From Vicugna vicugna (lineage: Eukaryota), in assembly GCA_013265495.1 (NCBI GenBank), contig MU058009.1, forward strand, positions 4,594,739 to 4,658,738: a stretch of DNA of 64,000 bases, written 5' to 3'. Each line of letters begins with the position of its first letter. The first letter of the stretch is position 1. Shown here one piece after another: positions 37,741-50,894 of the stretch. Below the pieces are notes generated by a model. The model had not been told where the DNA came from, ran no database searches, and saw only the letters and a program-made list of their open reading frames with translations. A program made the translations under genes and the position numbers.

Positions 37741-39682
37741 CCGGCAGGCCCTTTGCCACGCTCTGCGCAGCTGGAGGCAGCGCTCAGGGCGGGCTCAGAG
37801 TTCCCCTGGGGCTCCTCCCAGCCCGCTCCTCCCCCCCTTCGCCTGTAGGAAGGTTTGGGGCTCCCTTTAGCGAGAAGCGCGTGAAGGAGGGTCCTGGGTA
37901 TTGAACAAGGGGCTCCAGGAGGAAAGTCGAGAGCATTAATGCCAGCTTTCTGACTTCTTGAACACCCTGCCAGGTATTAAAAAACGCCCAGGCTGACCCC
38001 ACTCCGCCGTCTGTCTGCAGCCAGGTGGCGCGAGTGCCGCGCCGGGCACCGCGGAAGGGCTTGCGGCGTGTTCACACTCGGCCTCGCGGCTGCCGTGGCA
38101 CAGGCGCCCTCTCCTCGCCCACCTCGCACGGTGGGGCAGCAGACATGGGGAAGCCCGGGGGCCCTCACGTCCATGGCGGGTGCTGCGAGCCAGGCAGGCG
38201 CTCCAACCTAGGTGGCCCTGCACTCAAGGCTGTGCTCCTCTCCTTCGTACGGAAAGCGCCTGTGATGCGAGAGCCCGAGGAACGAGCCAGCCAGTTTCCC
38301 TCAGATCGATGGCACTTACTTAATTTTCTCGTGAGAGTAAACAGCTTAGGGGAACAGCAGGAATACTTGCAGTGGCGTGGGGTTAAGGCGCAGCGTGTTT
38401 TGGTTTTGTCTGGAGGGAGAGGCACGGTTAGGGGAACCCAGGCCTCAGAGCGGTGGCTTCCGGCCTTCACTGTGCATCAGAGGCTCCCAGAGAGCTCTTG
38501 GCGGAGCTGACTGCCAGGCGCCCCCATTCTGCGGGCTGGAGGTGTGCTGAGACTCTGCTCCTACCCAGTTCCCAGGCGCGGTCAGGGTGGCTGGTCTGGG
38601 CACTCCTCTCCGAGGGCCACCACCTGAAGGCCACCGGACAAAAGACAGGTGGGAATTCAACCAAAGCAACAAAGTCGTCCTGAGAAGTGACACTGGCCAG
38701 CTTTCATGCTTTTGTTTCTGGTTGTTATTTTGTTCTCATGTTTATATTTTGCCTCTGAAAATACAAAGTGGAAAAGTGCCACGGCCGACACGGTGGTTAG
38801 TGAGTGTCTGACGTGCCCCAGGCAGCTTTGTGGGTGGCTGAGAACACCGGGAAGAGGCAGACAGAGGTCACACCCCAGACACTACAACAAAGGCACCAAG
38901 GGGAACAGGGGTGCTGGTTTCAGAGAGTGACAAGCGGTGAGAATACAGCCGGGCAAGGACTGGCCCGCGCCGCGGGGACCTGAGACCGCAGCGTGGCCGG
39001 AGCGCCGCTCTGCGGTCTGTGCGCCCAATGCTGAGGCTTTCTGTCACCTTAAGTCTGAGCACAAGACGATGCATGTCTGAAAATCAAGTCTAAATTAAAA
39101 ATAAATGTCACACACACAGACTAAAAATAACCCTCACATGCACAGATAGCTGCAAGAGCTCAGATAATCTCAGTAGCTGGAGAGCAAGGCTGCAAACCAG
39201 CACAACACATGGTGCCTCTCCGCCACGGGCAGCTTCACGGGCTCTGTGTTCAAAGAACTAACAGTTGGAACGTTGGGAAACCGAAGCTAACTTGGAAATG
39301 CCTTGGTATCTCCATCCTTGTGCCTGGGATGGTATCTGTATGATGCCACACGCCCCTCTGCCTTAATGAACAGACAGTGGCACATATGGTCTAATCTCTA
39401 ATACAGACACGCCACTCTAAACCCTCACCCTCTCTGCAACGCAGTGTTAACAGCAAAGGTCCTGCTCCTCATAGAATTCACGACACTGGATTTCACTATA
39501 CACACACTTACTTGCTAGACTGGAAACACCATGGTTAAGAACCACAACAGTGGTCTTCATTGTGAAGCACCAGGACCTCCCACAGTCCCCCTGCATCTCG
39601 TAGCTGATCAACACGTATTCATCACAATGAAAGAGATGGAAGATGGTGCTTTCCAAACTGGCTCAAAAGAACCCGCGGAAGA

Positions 39683-39749
39683 TTATAGCTAATGATACTG
39701 CGTTACATATTTGAAAGTTGCTACAGAGAGTCAACCTTAAATGCTTTCA

Positions 39750-39785
<36 letters not shown>

Positions 39786-39933
39786 GAAACGCTAATTACG
39801 TGATGGGATGGATGTGATTGCTTATACTACAAAGGTAACGTCCTGCAACAAATACAAGATCAAATCAACATGTTGCGTGCCTTAAGCTTACGCAGTGTTG
39901 TATGTCAGTTATGTCACCATAAGGCTGGAAAAG
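39683..39933 (+). mobile_element. L1MA9-type 3' end containing (CA)17 at 39751-39784
   Basis: atatttgaaagttgctacagagagtcaaccttaaatgctttcacca(CA)n...caaatcaacatgttgcgtgccttaagcttac...tatgtcagttatgtcaccataaggctggaaaa. Confidence 0.85.
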
Positions 39934-41948
39934 GGAACCCACGTGAGGTGCAGTGGACATCCTTGGAGATACATGGATGTGTGCGTCTCCCCAGGAGTCA
40001 TTTGCACACGCGCACACACACACACTCAGGTGCTCTACGTGCACTTTTTAATTTAGTGTTTTCATTTTTACACCGCTCTGGAAACCCACCCTCTATACCT
40101 GCTGTGGCCGTGGTATGACCACAGTTAGAAGCCAGTGTTCAGATCTGGGTCCATCAATGCAACGGCACCAGTGAGCTCTTCTCACATCGTCTGAAGATGC
40201 GGAATTGCCGTGTCAGCAGCAGTGCATCCTGCTGGGGAACCTGCACGACGCCGGGCCCACTAGAGCAAGGGGTTCCCGACGGCGGAGCGCGCCCACGTGG
40301 GAGGGAAACGCAGGCGTCCCGGGGCACGTGCTGCAGCCGATGAGGGGCCTCACAGCTGCCCCCCTCCTGCAGTCGGCATCCCATTCACATTGCAACCCGG
40401 AGACTAACTTTAATAAAGCAGCATCTGTTCTGTTAACGTTACAGACTTTAATTTCAGCAGCTATGTTTCTGTACGACTTATAATTTTGAATTTTTGAGTC
40501 ATATAGAGGCATGAGGTTAAGGCATTTATATCTAGCTTTATGATTTTATGTATATAAGGTTTTAAATATAATGCGCTACCACTGGGAATCCTGGGAGCCT
40601 TGCCTCTGCCCACCCCGTCCCCTGCCTTTAAAACGCCTTCCAGGAAGCTGTCCGCTTGTGAAACGCTGATAAAGGCAGCAGGCTTGACTGCTGACGCCCC
40701 GGAGTGCATTCCTTTGAATTTCATCATTAAACTTACCCACGACATGAGTATTTTTTGCTTTTGTTTTGTCATTTGCCTTTTTTCCCCCATAAATTGAAAG
40801 TTAACTGAATTTCAGTTTAAACCCGTACATATACCAAAATACATTAATGACGCTAGTTCAGAAAATGGGAGGAAGGCTACCTCGTTTGCAAGAACTCAAG
40901 GACCAATAAGAAACGAATGTTCTAAAGGAAAGGAGAGGAGGCAAGAAGAAGAAAGTATTTTTAGACCAGCCCTCCAGGGGACGCTAACCTGCACCGAGCT
41001 GTTCCCTGGGGAGCTTCAATTGCTCAGTTACCTCCCGAGCTGCGCGCACAGCCAAGCCTAGAACACCAAGAGCCCTCGGTTCTGCGAGGGCAACTTTATG
41101 ACTCAGAGGGGCACAAATCCAACTAATTCAGCGAGAACAGCAACCCTGCCGGTGCTAACATTTGCTGAGAAGGTGCTGGTGGAGAACACGTACGAAAGCC
41201 TCCGCAGAAGAGAGGGGCGGGATGGGAGCTGCTTAGGGAGGGCCTTCAGGAGAGCCAGACATCGACTTCGAAGACTGCCAGATACAAGACATCTGCAGAT
41301 GGCTCCTAATTGGAAGAGACTGTCGTGTTAACAGCAGCTGGCGTGTGGAGCCACATGCACACACAGGAAGGATGTGTGTCTCATGTGCTGGGGGGTGGTG
41401 TGTGTGTGTGTAGGTGGCAGAGGGATGTTGGGGAGGGATCCAGAGAAAAGCAGAAGACACACAGAAACGCATGCAGGATGAGGGCTGTAGAGGAAATAAA
41501 GTATTGGAGACAAAACCAAGGGAGGTGCCGGGTGCCCTGAAAACAGGGTCACCTGGAGCAGTAAGTCAGTGGCAGGAGGATGACGTGTTGTGCTTTCAGC
41601 CATGACGGATGATGCAGGAGCCAGCGGAGCCAGGCTCAGGGTCCCCGGGCAGGAGAGGGGAGCTCCCCAAGCCCAGGAGCACAGGGCGGGGCTACGTCCC
41701 CACCTCGCAGGACAAGACTCACCCCTGGGAGCCCAAGGGAGGTGGAGCCTCTGCAAGGAGGGAGGGAAGGGGGAGCAATCCCGTGGAGAGACGGCCCTCA
41801 CAGCCAGGAGAGGGGCTGGCGCGGCCTCTGGGAGGGACGGGAGGAGGGCTCCGTGAAGGGAGAGGACGTTCTGCACAAAGCATTGAGCGATCGAGCCGGA
41901 CTCCAGGCCGCTGCGAGTTCACATGTGTGTTGGGAACACAACCTTCTT

Positions 41949-42090
41949 GGGGGGACGGTAGGGCCCAGCGGCAGGGCGCGTGCTTAGCATGTGTGAGGCC
42001 CTGGGTCCAAGCCCCAGTGCTGCCACTAAAAATAATAATAATGATAAATAAATAAATAACCCTAACTACCTCCCCTCCCCGCCAGGAAAG
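41949..42090 (+). mobile_element. Vic-1-type camelid SINE (tRNA-Ala derived)
   Basis: tRNA-Ala(AGC)-like head ...gcgcgtgcttAGCatgtgtgaggccctgggtccaagccccagtgc, followed by an AAT/AAAT-rich tract and the cctaactacctcccc 3' segment typical of camelid Vic-1. Confidence 0.85.
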
Positions 42091-42544
42091 TAAGAGATAA
42101 CTTTCTCAGTTTCTCAAGGAAACAGACCAGGGAAACATAAAAACTAACAACCAAAGCCACCACAAGAGGCAAAGCCTGCCCTCACGACTCTCAGGCTCCT
42201 GGGAGGACGGCAGCCTGCAAGCGCGTTAAAAAGGCCCCCTTTTAAGAATGTGTAAATTCACCTGTTCACGCAGCAAACGTGGAGTCAGCGCCTCGTGAGC
42301 ACCAGGCATTCCACAAGAGTCCGGGGGTAAGAGGCTGGGCAGAGAGCCACTGCCTCTACCCCCGTGGTACCCCCGGATTTCTGAGAACAATGGGTGACGG
42401 AGAAACCTCCAGAAGACGCGCACGATCCCAGCTGAGCTGGGCGGCCACCAGGACGGCCCTGCACGGCGGTGGCCAGGGAGGCCCTACTCAGAGGGCCTGG
42501 AGACAGGTCTTTCTGAAGACGTGACCGCTGACCGCCAGGCGCTG

Positions 42545-44170
42545 TGTTGGCTGCAGAGGGCATTTTAGACAGAAGACAGGGCAGACGCGCAGGACTTGGG
42601 ACAAAAGCTGACTCAGGTGAGGAGCGGGAGGGAAGCCGGAGGGGCCCGGGCCAGGTGGACGGGGAAGTGGGTAGCGTCCACGAGGCCGGAGGTGCACACA
42701 CGCATCGGAACAAATCTGCATCCCGTTCTTGGTGTAACGGGGCATCCTGGAGCAGGCTGGAGTAGAAACAGGCAGTGATGCAAATTCTGCTTTTTATGAG
42801 AATATACTGGACTTCCTTTGGAGAAGGGACTGTGTGTGGCAGGAGAAGAGGCGTGAGGACCAGCCGGGAGACCGTCACATCCCCGTAGACGGGAGACAAG
42901 GGTCCTGAGACCGGGGGTCTGCAGGCGAAGGAAGGGGTGGGAGCCAGAGCAGAGGACAGGGGTGCAGGGCCAATGGCAACGAAACACGGACAGCAGCATG
43001 TCTGCTGCCAAGGGGGGAGGAGGACACAGCCAGAAGGTCGCGGGCTCTCCAGAGCACTTCTGCTTATTTTAAGAGTGGAAACACTTGGGAATGTATTTAT
43101 TCCTTTTGCAAATATTTACTGACTAACCACTGGGTGCCAGGGCTTTTCAAACACTGCTATGCCCACAGATGACCCGTGCACCACGCTCAGTCACTGGGTC
43201 TGGGCGTGAACCGCAGTCCTGCAGGTCTAATGAGTTCTGTGACAACGCTGACGTGCTGGGAGGGCACGTGGAGGAGCCCAGTTTCAAGCACCAGAGACGC
43301 ACCTGTGATGCGAGGAGGACCAGCCCTCTTCGGTCATCACACTCCTTCACTGTGATGCTTAACACACGACTATGCACTGATGGGGCTGATCTTCTGCACG
43401 GGAGCAACTGACGGTGCAGGAGGAAGGGGGCTCCCAAAGGTGGTGAAACAGCAAAGGTGGAAGCTGAAAAGGATCCAAAGCACAGGAAGGCAGGGAGCGC
43501 GGGCGCTTCACCTGTCGTGTCACGAGAGGAGAAAAAATGACAGCAGTGCAAATGGGCTGTGCACCTGGCTATGGCGAGGCAAGGAGGCCACGGAGCAATG
43601 GCTTCCATCTTCTCCAAAGCAGAAGGCAAAGTTACCAGGTGAGGGTAAACAGGGGAGTAGGAGACGGGGAAGGGAGATGTGAGAAAAAGTGAAGTAGCAG
43701 TTGCAGGAGATGAGAGCGACCTTACCAGGGAACTATCCCAGGACACAGGCAGCGCCGAGGCCGCACACAGAGCTGTTGGCCAAGGACAGAGGGTGATGCA
43801 GGTGCAGAGAACGTGGGCGGCTGGGTTTCTCCAGCATGGGGGCGGGGCGGGGGGTCAAGGGAGAAGCGGCCAAGGGTCAGAGGAATCGGGAAATAATTGA
43901 GGAAGAGGAGAAGAGAAGCGGGGTCCCTGATGGGCAGGGAGAGCCCAGTGGGCTCTGTGCCTGGAGGTCCTACTGAGGTCCTGGGGCAGACGGGCTGGCG
44001 CCAAGGGGCCGCACAGGTGGAAAGCAGGCATACATGGTGACTGCGCAGCGGTGGCCCTCATCCACGAGGGGCCACACTAACTCCCAGGCCAGAGGGCCGT
44101 CCGGATGGAGCTTGACGGTGGTCAGAATGGTGGGGGGAGTTGGGGGCTCTGTATGGACTGATGACGTGTG
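42545..44170 (-). mobile_element. Fragmented L2 block
   Basis: gtgatgcaaattctgctttttatgagaat...gaggaccagccgggagac; tail-like tccttttgcaaatatttactgactaaccactgggtgccagg (43100); aatggcttccatcttctcc...gaaggcaaagttaccaggtgag. Confidence 0.5.
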
Positions 44171-46229
44171 TAAACTGAATTTACAGAGGTAGTGACACTA
44201 TTGCGACGTGAGGGAGGGGCCTTGGCTCAGACACACAGAGGCTCCGCTGTTTACAGACAGACAGGCGTGCGGTTCACAGCTCTGAGCCTCCACTTCCCCA
44301 CCTGCAAGGAGGACGATGCAGCGTCACCACGAAACAGTCCAGGCACAAGGGGCAGAAGCGCACCTGGAGAAGAGTAACCGCGCTCGAACGGAACCTGCCC
44401 TGGTGCTCTTTTCGGAGGGCTCCATCGCCGCATCTGGAAAAACATAATTCAGCCCCTATTACCTGGGAGCGCAGGTTAGTTTGGCCAAGCGATGCTGAAC
44501 CCGCTGGCTTATCTTTCCCCAGAGCTCTGAGGCCTTCTCTTTCTGTGTTTGCAAATATATGAAGGATGGAGTTTCGTTGAGGGTAGCTTGAGCCTAGTTT
44601 CAAGAGCGGTTACTCTGCTCATTAACAAATCAGAAACAAGGTGATGATCGACATTTTCAGCATTCCTTAGCACTCTGGGCCGGGGCTGCCCCAGTCCACC
44701 TCCGGGCTCTTTCACACCCAAGGCTTCCTTTTTCTCCTAAGACTCTCGCTCTTCAGAAGCGCTCGGCGCTGGAACCAGGCAGAGCCCTGCTGCCGGACGC
44801 TGCTTCCCTCTCAGGTCCGTCTCCTCGGCTAGAGCCGTGGAGGCAACTTTAACTTGTATTCTGATCAGGCTCCGTTCACAGCGTGTTGACACAGTGGTTG
44901 ATGGTCTGGCTTCAGGATGGATGACCAGGGGTGGGTAAAACGCTGTATTTCCAAAAATACATAATTGAGAGATCAATCAGTACGGCTGTCCACACCCAGG
45001 AGAGAGTTCTGTCGGCCGGCGGGCCCTGGGAGCTCGCGCAGTCACATCCTTGTCTTGGGTGGCTTCCCTGTGCACACGAGACACCCCTCCTCCTGGAAGA
45101 GCCCCGAACGTCCCATCCTCAGGCAGACTGAGCCGTCGCTGAGATCAAGTGCAAACTGTGTCCGTGCTCAGAGAAGTGGGACCGTGGGGGCTGGATGCAG
45201 CTGGAGGGATGACTTCAGGTCAGGAGCTTCGGTCCCTTTGAGAGACGTCGGCTGCACACATGCTACAGGGCACCAAGGAAAAGTGAAAACTGTTCCAAGG
45301 GTCTCGCGCCCAACCCAAGGAGACACCGTTAGCTGGTGACACAAGGCTAAGGGTGCGTGTTCGGGCAGATGAGGGACGAGCACAGAATTCAGCCGAGGTC
45401 TGCCTGCGGGACGACGCCCCGGCCAGTCATTGGCAGATGGTCCCCTCATATTTGGAGTCACAGGCAGCTTTGGGAATCCTCCTTTTCGCCACATTCCTCC
45501 TCTGCAGCTTTGTCTTAGAAGGCATTGCTGTCTCAGAAGCTGCCCTGGGGCTGGCCAGGGCTGCCTTGAGAAGCCACCCAGAACAATCCACGTGATTTAT
45601 TTGTCCCCGGCTTCCACTCCACCGTCCCTTCCTCCACACCCTGAACAGCTCTAACGCTCAGCCTCCCGATGATTTGTTCATTATTGTTGGCAAAGAAGTG
45701 AGCAAGAGGAAATTAAAATGGTTCCCAGGCACACACCACTCTCCTGCCGTTCAATAGATTATCCTGGCATATTTACTCACAGCCATGTCTGTCTCAGTAT
45801 CATCCATGGAAAAGTATAAATTAAAATTTTAAATTAAAAGCAGAGAGTCTGGGGAGCTTGATATCTTTGTGAAGAATGGAGCAAGTCAGACACGGGCTCC
45901 CAGCACGAGTGTCGTGGGAGCAGAGACGCTGGCAGTGCAGAAATTACAGCCCCCGGACTCCCCGCAAACACCGTCCCACAGACCGTGTGAGGGATCACGG
46001 AGCCCGGAGCACAGGCGGACCCTCGAAGGCCATTCTTCTTTCTACAGAACTGGGCGTAAACAAACCTGCCCCCTTTTGGGTTCAGGTGACACTGATGAGA
46101 AGCTGCTCAAGGACTGATTTACGTATGAAACCAAAAGACCCGCTGAGAATCGAGCAGCCTGCATCCTGTCTGCAGGATTTCTGTGAGTGTACTGCTTAAG
46201 GGAACAGGCATTTCAACAAGAGGCCCACG

Positions 46230-46412
46230 AGTTCCGGTCACAGGTCTGGCGTCTACTAAACTCCCCATCCTTTGTGAGGATCAGTTTTCTCATTTGTAAA
46301 AGGGAAGCAACGTGTTCAAAGGCATAGCTTGTGGTGAATATTCAGTAACCATTTAAACCCACCGTCTGCACATTCTGAGCGCATAGTAAACACTCAATAA
46401 ATGTGCAGTATT
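46230..46412 (+). mobile_element. MIR
   Basis: tcagttttctcatttgtaaaaggg...gcgcatagtaaacactcaataaatgt. Confidence 0.8.
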
Positions 46413-47368
46413 CCATGTGTGTGATGGCTCAAAGCCAAGGATTCATGATAACCCAAATGTTATAAAGATTTTGACTTTCCTTTAGCGCCCGTTTTCCAGT
46501 GCACACATTCACCAGTTACACAGTTTGGAAAACTGACTAGGGAATCCACCCTTTGGGTCCCAGCCCACAGAGCAAGCCATCTCCAGGACAGCATGTGCGA
46601 TGGTCGACCAGAAGGCCAGTCAGTCGGCTTGTTCCTCCCGTGCCGCCCTGAGCAGACTACATGTCTGAACCAAACCTTATCTGAGTTTTAAAAATAAAGC
46701 CCTCACGAAGCAGACAGATGGGCAGGGACAGATGGGGAGGAGGGGTGGGAGATGAGAGCTGCACCCGCTCCTCTCTGCTCCTGCTCCTGCTTCTCCTGCA
46801 GAATGTCAGCCCGACCTGTTTAAAAATATATGTTATATATTTTTAATAAGCCAATCATCCTTTCCAGAATACTGGCTTATTTTACACAGATTATGCCAAC
46901 TGTCTCCCCTTGACAAAATAAAACAGAAGGCAGGCAAAACTCTGTCCTTGGGCCACGAGAGGCCCAGAGGAGGAGAGGCCCTGGGGGCAGCAGAGTCACA
47001 GGGTTAACTCTGCAGATATTTCCAGTTCGGGCCCAGGGAGCTGCTGCTTCTCATTTATGTCACCCGGAGTCCGGAGTCACCAGTCGCCGGGCTGAGAGGA
47101 AGAGGGCTCTCTCTGCTCCTGGACTCGGGGCTGCCCAGAGGGACCCAAAGGGGCAGGATGGCTGGCCCGGGAGCAGCCCGCACGTCCCCAGCGCCCCCCC
47201 CCCCATCGTGCTTCGCGAGGGCAGGGGCGCGACGAAACGCGAGGCCTCTGCACGTTCACGGAGCCTTGTCACTGAGCGGGTTTGAGACGGTAACACGTGA
47301 AAACACAATCGCTCATCATAACGTGGGATGGCGGGGCCTCCTCACCATGGACTCTTGAATAAATAAAT

Positions 47369-47452
47369 GGAAGACAGAGGAGAGAGAGAGAGAGAAAGGA
47401 AAGGAGGGAGGGAAAGAAAAGAAGATCTAAAGAGAAAGAAAAAGGGAAAGAA
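47369..47452 (+). repeat. Polypurine (GA) tract
   Basis: 84 nt with only 4 pyrimidines. Confidence 0.9.
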
Positions 47453-47479
47453 TTGGCTGGAAAGCGTAATCCACACTTC

Positions 47480-47830
47480 GCGGCGGGTGGGTGCCCCTCC
47501 CTCACTGTGCTCTACGCGGGGGATGCTGCGGATAATCGCGCACTTCCTGCGCGCACGCTGACTGCCAGGCCCTGCTGTCCCTGACGCCCCCTTGGCCGCG
47601 CTCGGTCACCTGGCTCCCAGCAGCCCCGCTGCCGGCGCTCTGAGCGCCCGACCCCGCTCGGCCCGCGCGCGCGTGGCTCCGGGCTCCGCACCTTCTTCCC
47701 GGCGCGCGCCGGGAGCAGCACGTCCCGGCCAGGCCGCGGGTCCGGGAAGCGGCGGCTCCTTCCACCCAAATCAGCTGCGGGAGAGCAGCCCAGTCTGGGT
47801 GAACTCGGCCCTCGGGGGTTCCAGCAGAGT
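47480..47830. promoter_or_regulatory. Intronic CpG-island-like segment
   Basis: Very dense CpG in non-repeat sequence, with an ETS-like cacttcctg, NRF1-like tgcgcgca and gcgcgcgcgt. Confidence 0.5.
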
Positions 47831-48355
47831 GGAGAGTCACTCCTGGCTCAGCTCATTGTAACGAGTGATGAAGACATCCTTACATGTGCCTTTTGGTGAA
47901 TTATTCATCGTGTGCGCGGGAGAATCAGGGCAGCCGGCACGTCGGGCCCCTGCAACTGCTCAGGCATTCCCAAAGCCCCGCCCCCTCCCTTCAGGGAGGA
48001 CTGGGGTGGCTGGGGGGATTCCGGAAAGAAGAGGCTCGAAGAGACACTTCCACCCCGCTTTGCTCTGTGTGCGCTGCCCCCCCGCAGCGCGGCGGCTGTT
48101 TACAGCATATTTGTTATTTGATTGTAGCTCCAGGTTCCTTGAAGCCACCTGATGAGCGCGGCGGGACCTCCCCTTCCCTTCTGCCTCGTCCTCGGGAGGC
48201 AATTAAGAGAGTGAGACTCGTTTCCACATCAGTCAAGCTCCCCCGGGACCCTCCGCCCACCGTGTTCACCGTCCTGGCCCAGCTCTGCTGAGGGAGGACC
48301 CAGGGTCCTGAAGGGACAGCTCACTTAGCTTGGTTTCTCCCTGCCCCTGCGAGAC

Positions 48356-48390
48356 GTCACTGTCACTGTCACTGTCACTGTCACTGTCAC
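48356..48390. repeat. (CTGTCA)n hexanucleotide microsatellite
   Basis: Five perfect CTGTCA units at 48360-48389 plus a partial unit. Confidence 0.95.
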
Positions 48391-50894
48391 CTGCTCAAGC
48401 TTGGGATGAAACACATTGCGACGGTCAGAAATCCCTCGCCAGGAGTCTTGCTGTCACACTGCACCAGGGTGAACGCACACAGGAAGAAGGGAGCCTGGGG
48501 CCTTCGATCTCACTCCTTCAAGAAACACGAGATTTCGCTCTTGCTAGGTCTTCACTTGTCAAGTTTTAAAAAATAGGAAGTCCTAACTGTCATTTTCCTT
48601 TTGAAACTTCCAATCATTCCCACTTATTGGCAACAAGGTTGATGTTACTCACCTAAAATGTGATGGTCTGCACCAGACACTCACCCCCTCCCCCGCTGAG
48701 CAGTGCCATCCTCCCTGACACTGCGGACGGTTAACGGTCCACACGCCCTTGGGCTCGACCTTAGAGAACAGGGCCGAGACAGAACTGAGGCTCGTGAACA
48801 AAATGAAACAGAACAAAACATAGGAATGGATGATGGTGGCCATGATGATGAGAAAGCAAAGCACACAGTGAGGGAACAGGCCACAGGCAGCCGGGCTGGG
48901 TGGACAGTGGTCACCTGAGAATGTCTACTTAACTGAACTCAGACCCCAGGGAAGGAACCAAGAGACGTCTGTCAACAGCGGGGACTAAGAACCTGAGTTC
49001 TAGGCGCCCCTCCAGAACGAGCGCCAATATTCAGCTAATGGACTAAATCCAGGTTTCTTAGCTCCATTCCTGCTTCCGGGGAGGCTGAAGAAAGGAAGGG
49101 CAGTCCTCCTTTACCAGGTGGGGGTCCTCAGAGCTTCACAGGGCGGCCACGCCCAGCTGCGGCCACCGGCTACTGGGAGCTGAGCTTCAGACAGGAAGCA
49201 ACATTTGTCACTAACGACGGAAAGCCCTACTGGGAAAACGTTTCCACCTATATTTTTTCATCTTGTGATGACTTGTCAAAACAGCAATCTTAAATTTTCC
49301 CAGAAGCAGAGTTGGGGCCGAGCACTGAATGGTAACTGGACAGCGTGCCCCCGGGGGTCGGGGTGTCTGCAGTTCTGCACAGCTTCACTCTCGTCCTTCC
49401 TGCCCCTCCTTCCCTCCCTCCACCCATCTCCCTCTCAGCCGTTAGCAATTGACCCTAAAGCATTTCTTTATCTGTTCCGTCCACATTCTACGTTTCTGCA
49501 ATTGACTAGCATTATGAAAATCTATATTGTAAGTGTCCAGGCGGTATGTGGCTGAAGAGATGTCTTCAAAGTGTTTAGATAAAGCAGAAGAGCTCTTACA
49601 AAGCTAGATGATAAACCGGGCCAGGAGGGTTTCCCTTGAAGGAACCTAATTAAGAACAAAGGCAAATGTACATTAACATTCTCCTCAAGGCACTACATTC
49701 ACCTCCAAAGAAATTTTATTGTCGCAAATCCAGAAGAGAAACCTCAGTGTCAGAGCAAAGCGAGGAGAGGCAGAGACAGCCAGCGAGGCTTGTGGTTCCG
49801 CGCTGGGTGGAAGGCCCGTCCAGGGAGCTGAAAGAGCGGAAATTCAAAAGCATCTGAAACAGGAAGAGTTTGGATTTGCAGGAAGCTAAGCCAGGCCCAG
49901 CAGATGGCCTGGGAGGAAACCTGGCACCGTGGCTCAGGGCTGAACTTTTTTTTGGCAGGGGGAAGGCCCCAGTGAATAATCAGATGTAGTGTGTTCTGTA
50001 TTGTTTAAACGGAAAACCAGCCTGACTGAGGTGCTGATCTCTCGGCAAAGAGGAAGCATCACCCCACATCCACGTGTGCGCTCCAAGAGGCCCAAGGCGG
50101 GGCGGCCCTTGTCTTAAAAAATTAAACTCATTTCAGAGACACCTGCTAGTCACTTTGAGGGGTGAACAATGGCTGCTTTTTTCATCAGAGTTTATTAAAT
50201 TCTTCAGATCATAATACTTCTGAGTGCAATTTTTTTCACTTTGTAGAGATGATTTCGGAAGCTTACAAAAAGGAGTCTATTAAGCCAACAAGAAGTTCAT
50301 TCTAATGTGGAGTAATTGGGGCTTGTGTAAGGTCTACACTGAGCTGCAAGCTACGTCTCTGAAGCCCGCCCGCGGGCACTCATGGTGCTGTCTCTTCCCC
50401 TCGCAGTGCATACAAGGCCGGTGCTCTCCCCACGGCCATCCTCCCCCAAGAGGAAGAAAACTGCATTATCCACTCCGCGCTGTCTCATTTTAGGTCAGGC
50501 TTTTCTGCTTAGCGTCTTTGAATAATCTAGTTTTCACACATCCTTTCCTACAGATGGTTAAAAACGCCGCTCTGCAAGAAGAGAGGCCAGGCTCGAAAGC
50601 TGAGTCGCGTTAGGAACAGACTCGCAGGTACAGGTTATGGTTTAATTTTCGCCGGGCTTAGAGACACGACAGCACGTCCACGAGCCTCACGCCAACGCCC
50701 TGCCGGACGCGCAGACGGGACGCCAGCTTCGCCACGGTATGGAGGAGCGCGCCCCGACCGCCGACGGGGAGCTTGGTGGTCCATGCGCGCACACACACAC
50801 ACACACGGTGTACACCTTGAGTCGCACCCCCAGCCCCCAATTCCGTGTTCCGTTGTGTAGTTAAGCACATTATGACCAAAAAGGCTGCTTAAAC

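Noticed and set aside
38015..38035. CTCF site ctgcagccaggtggcgcga
   Set aside because: Mismatch at a near-invariant core C, and such partial matches are expected by chance at this GC level.
41949..42026. Functional tRNA-Ala gene
   Set aside because: The A and B boxes and stems are mutated, and it is followed by a SINE body and tail.
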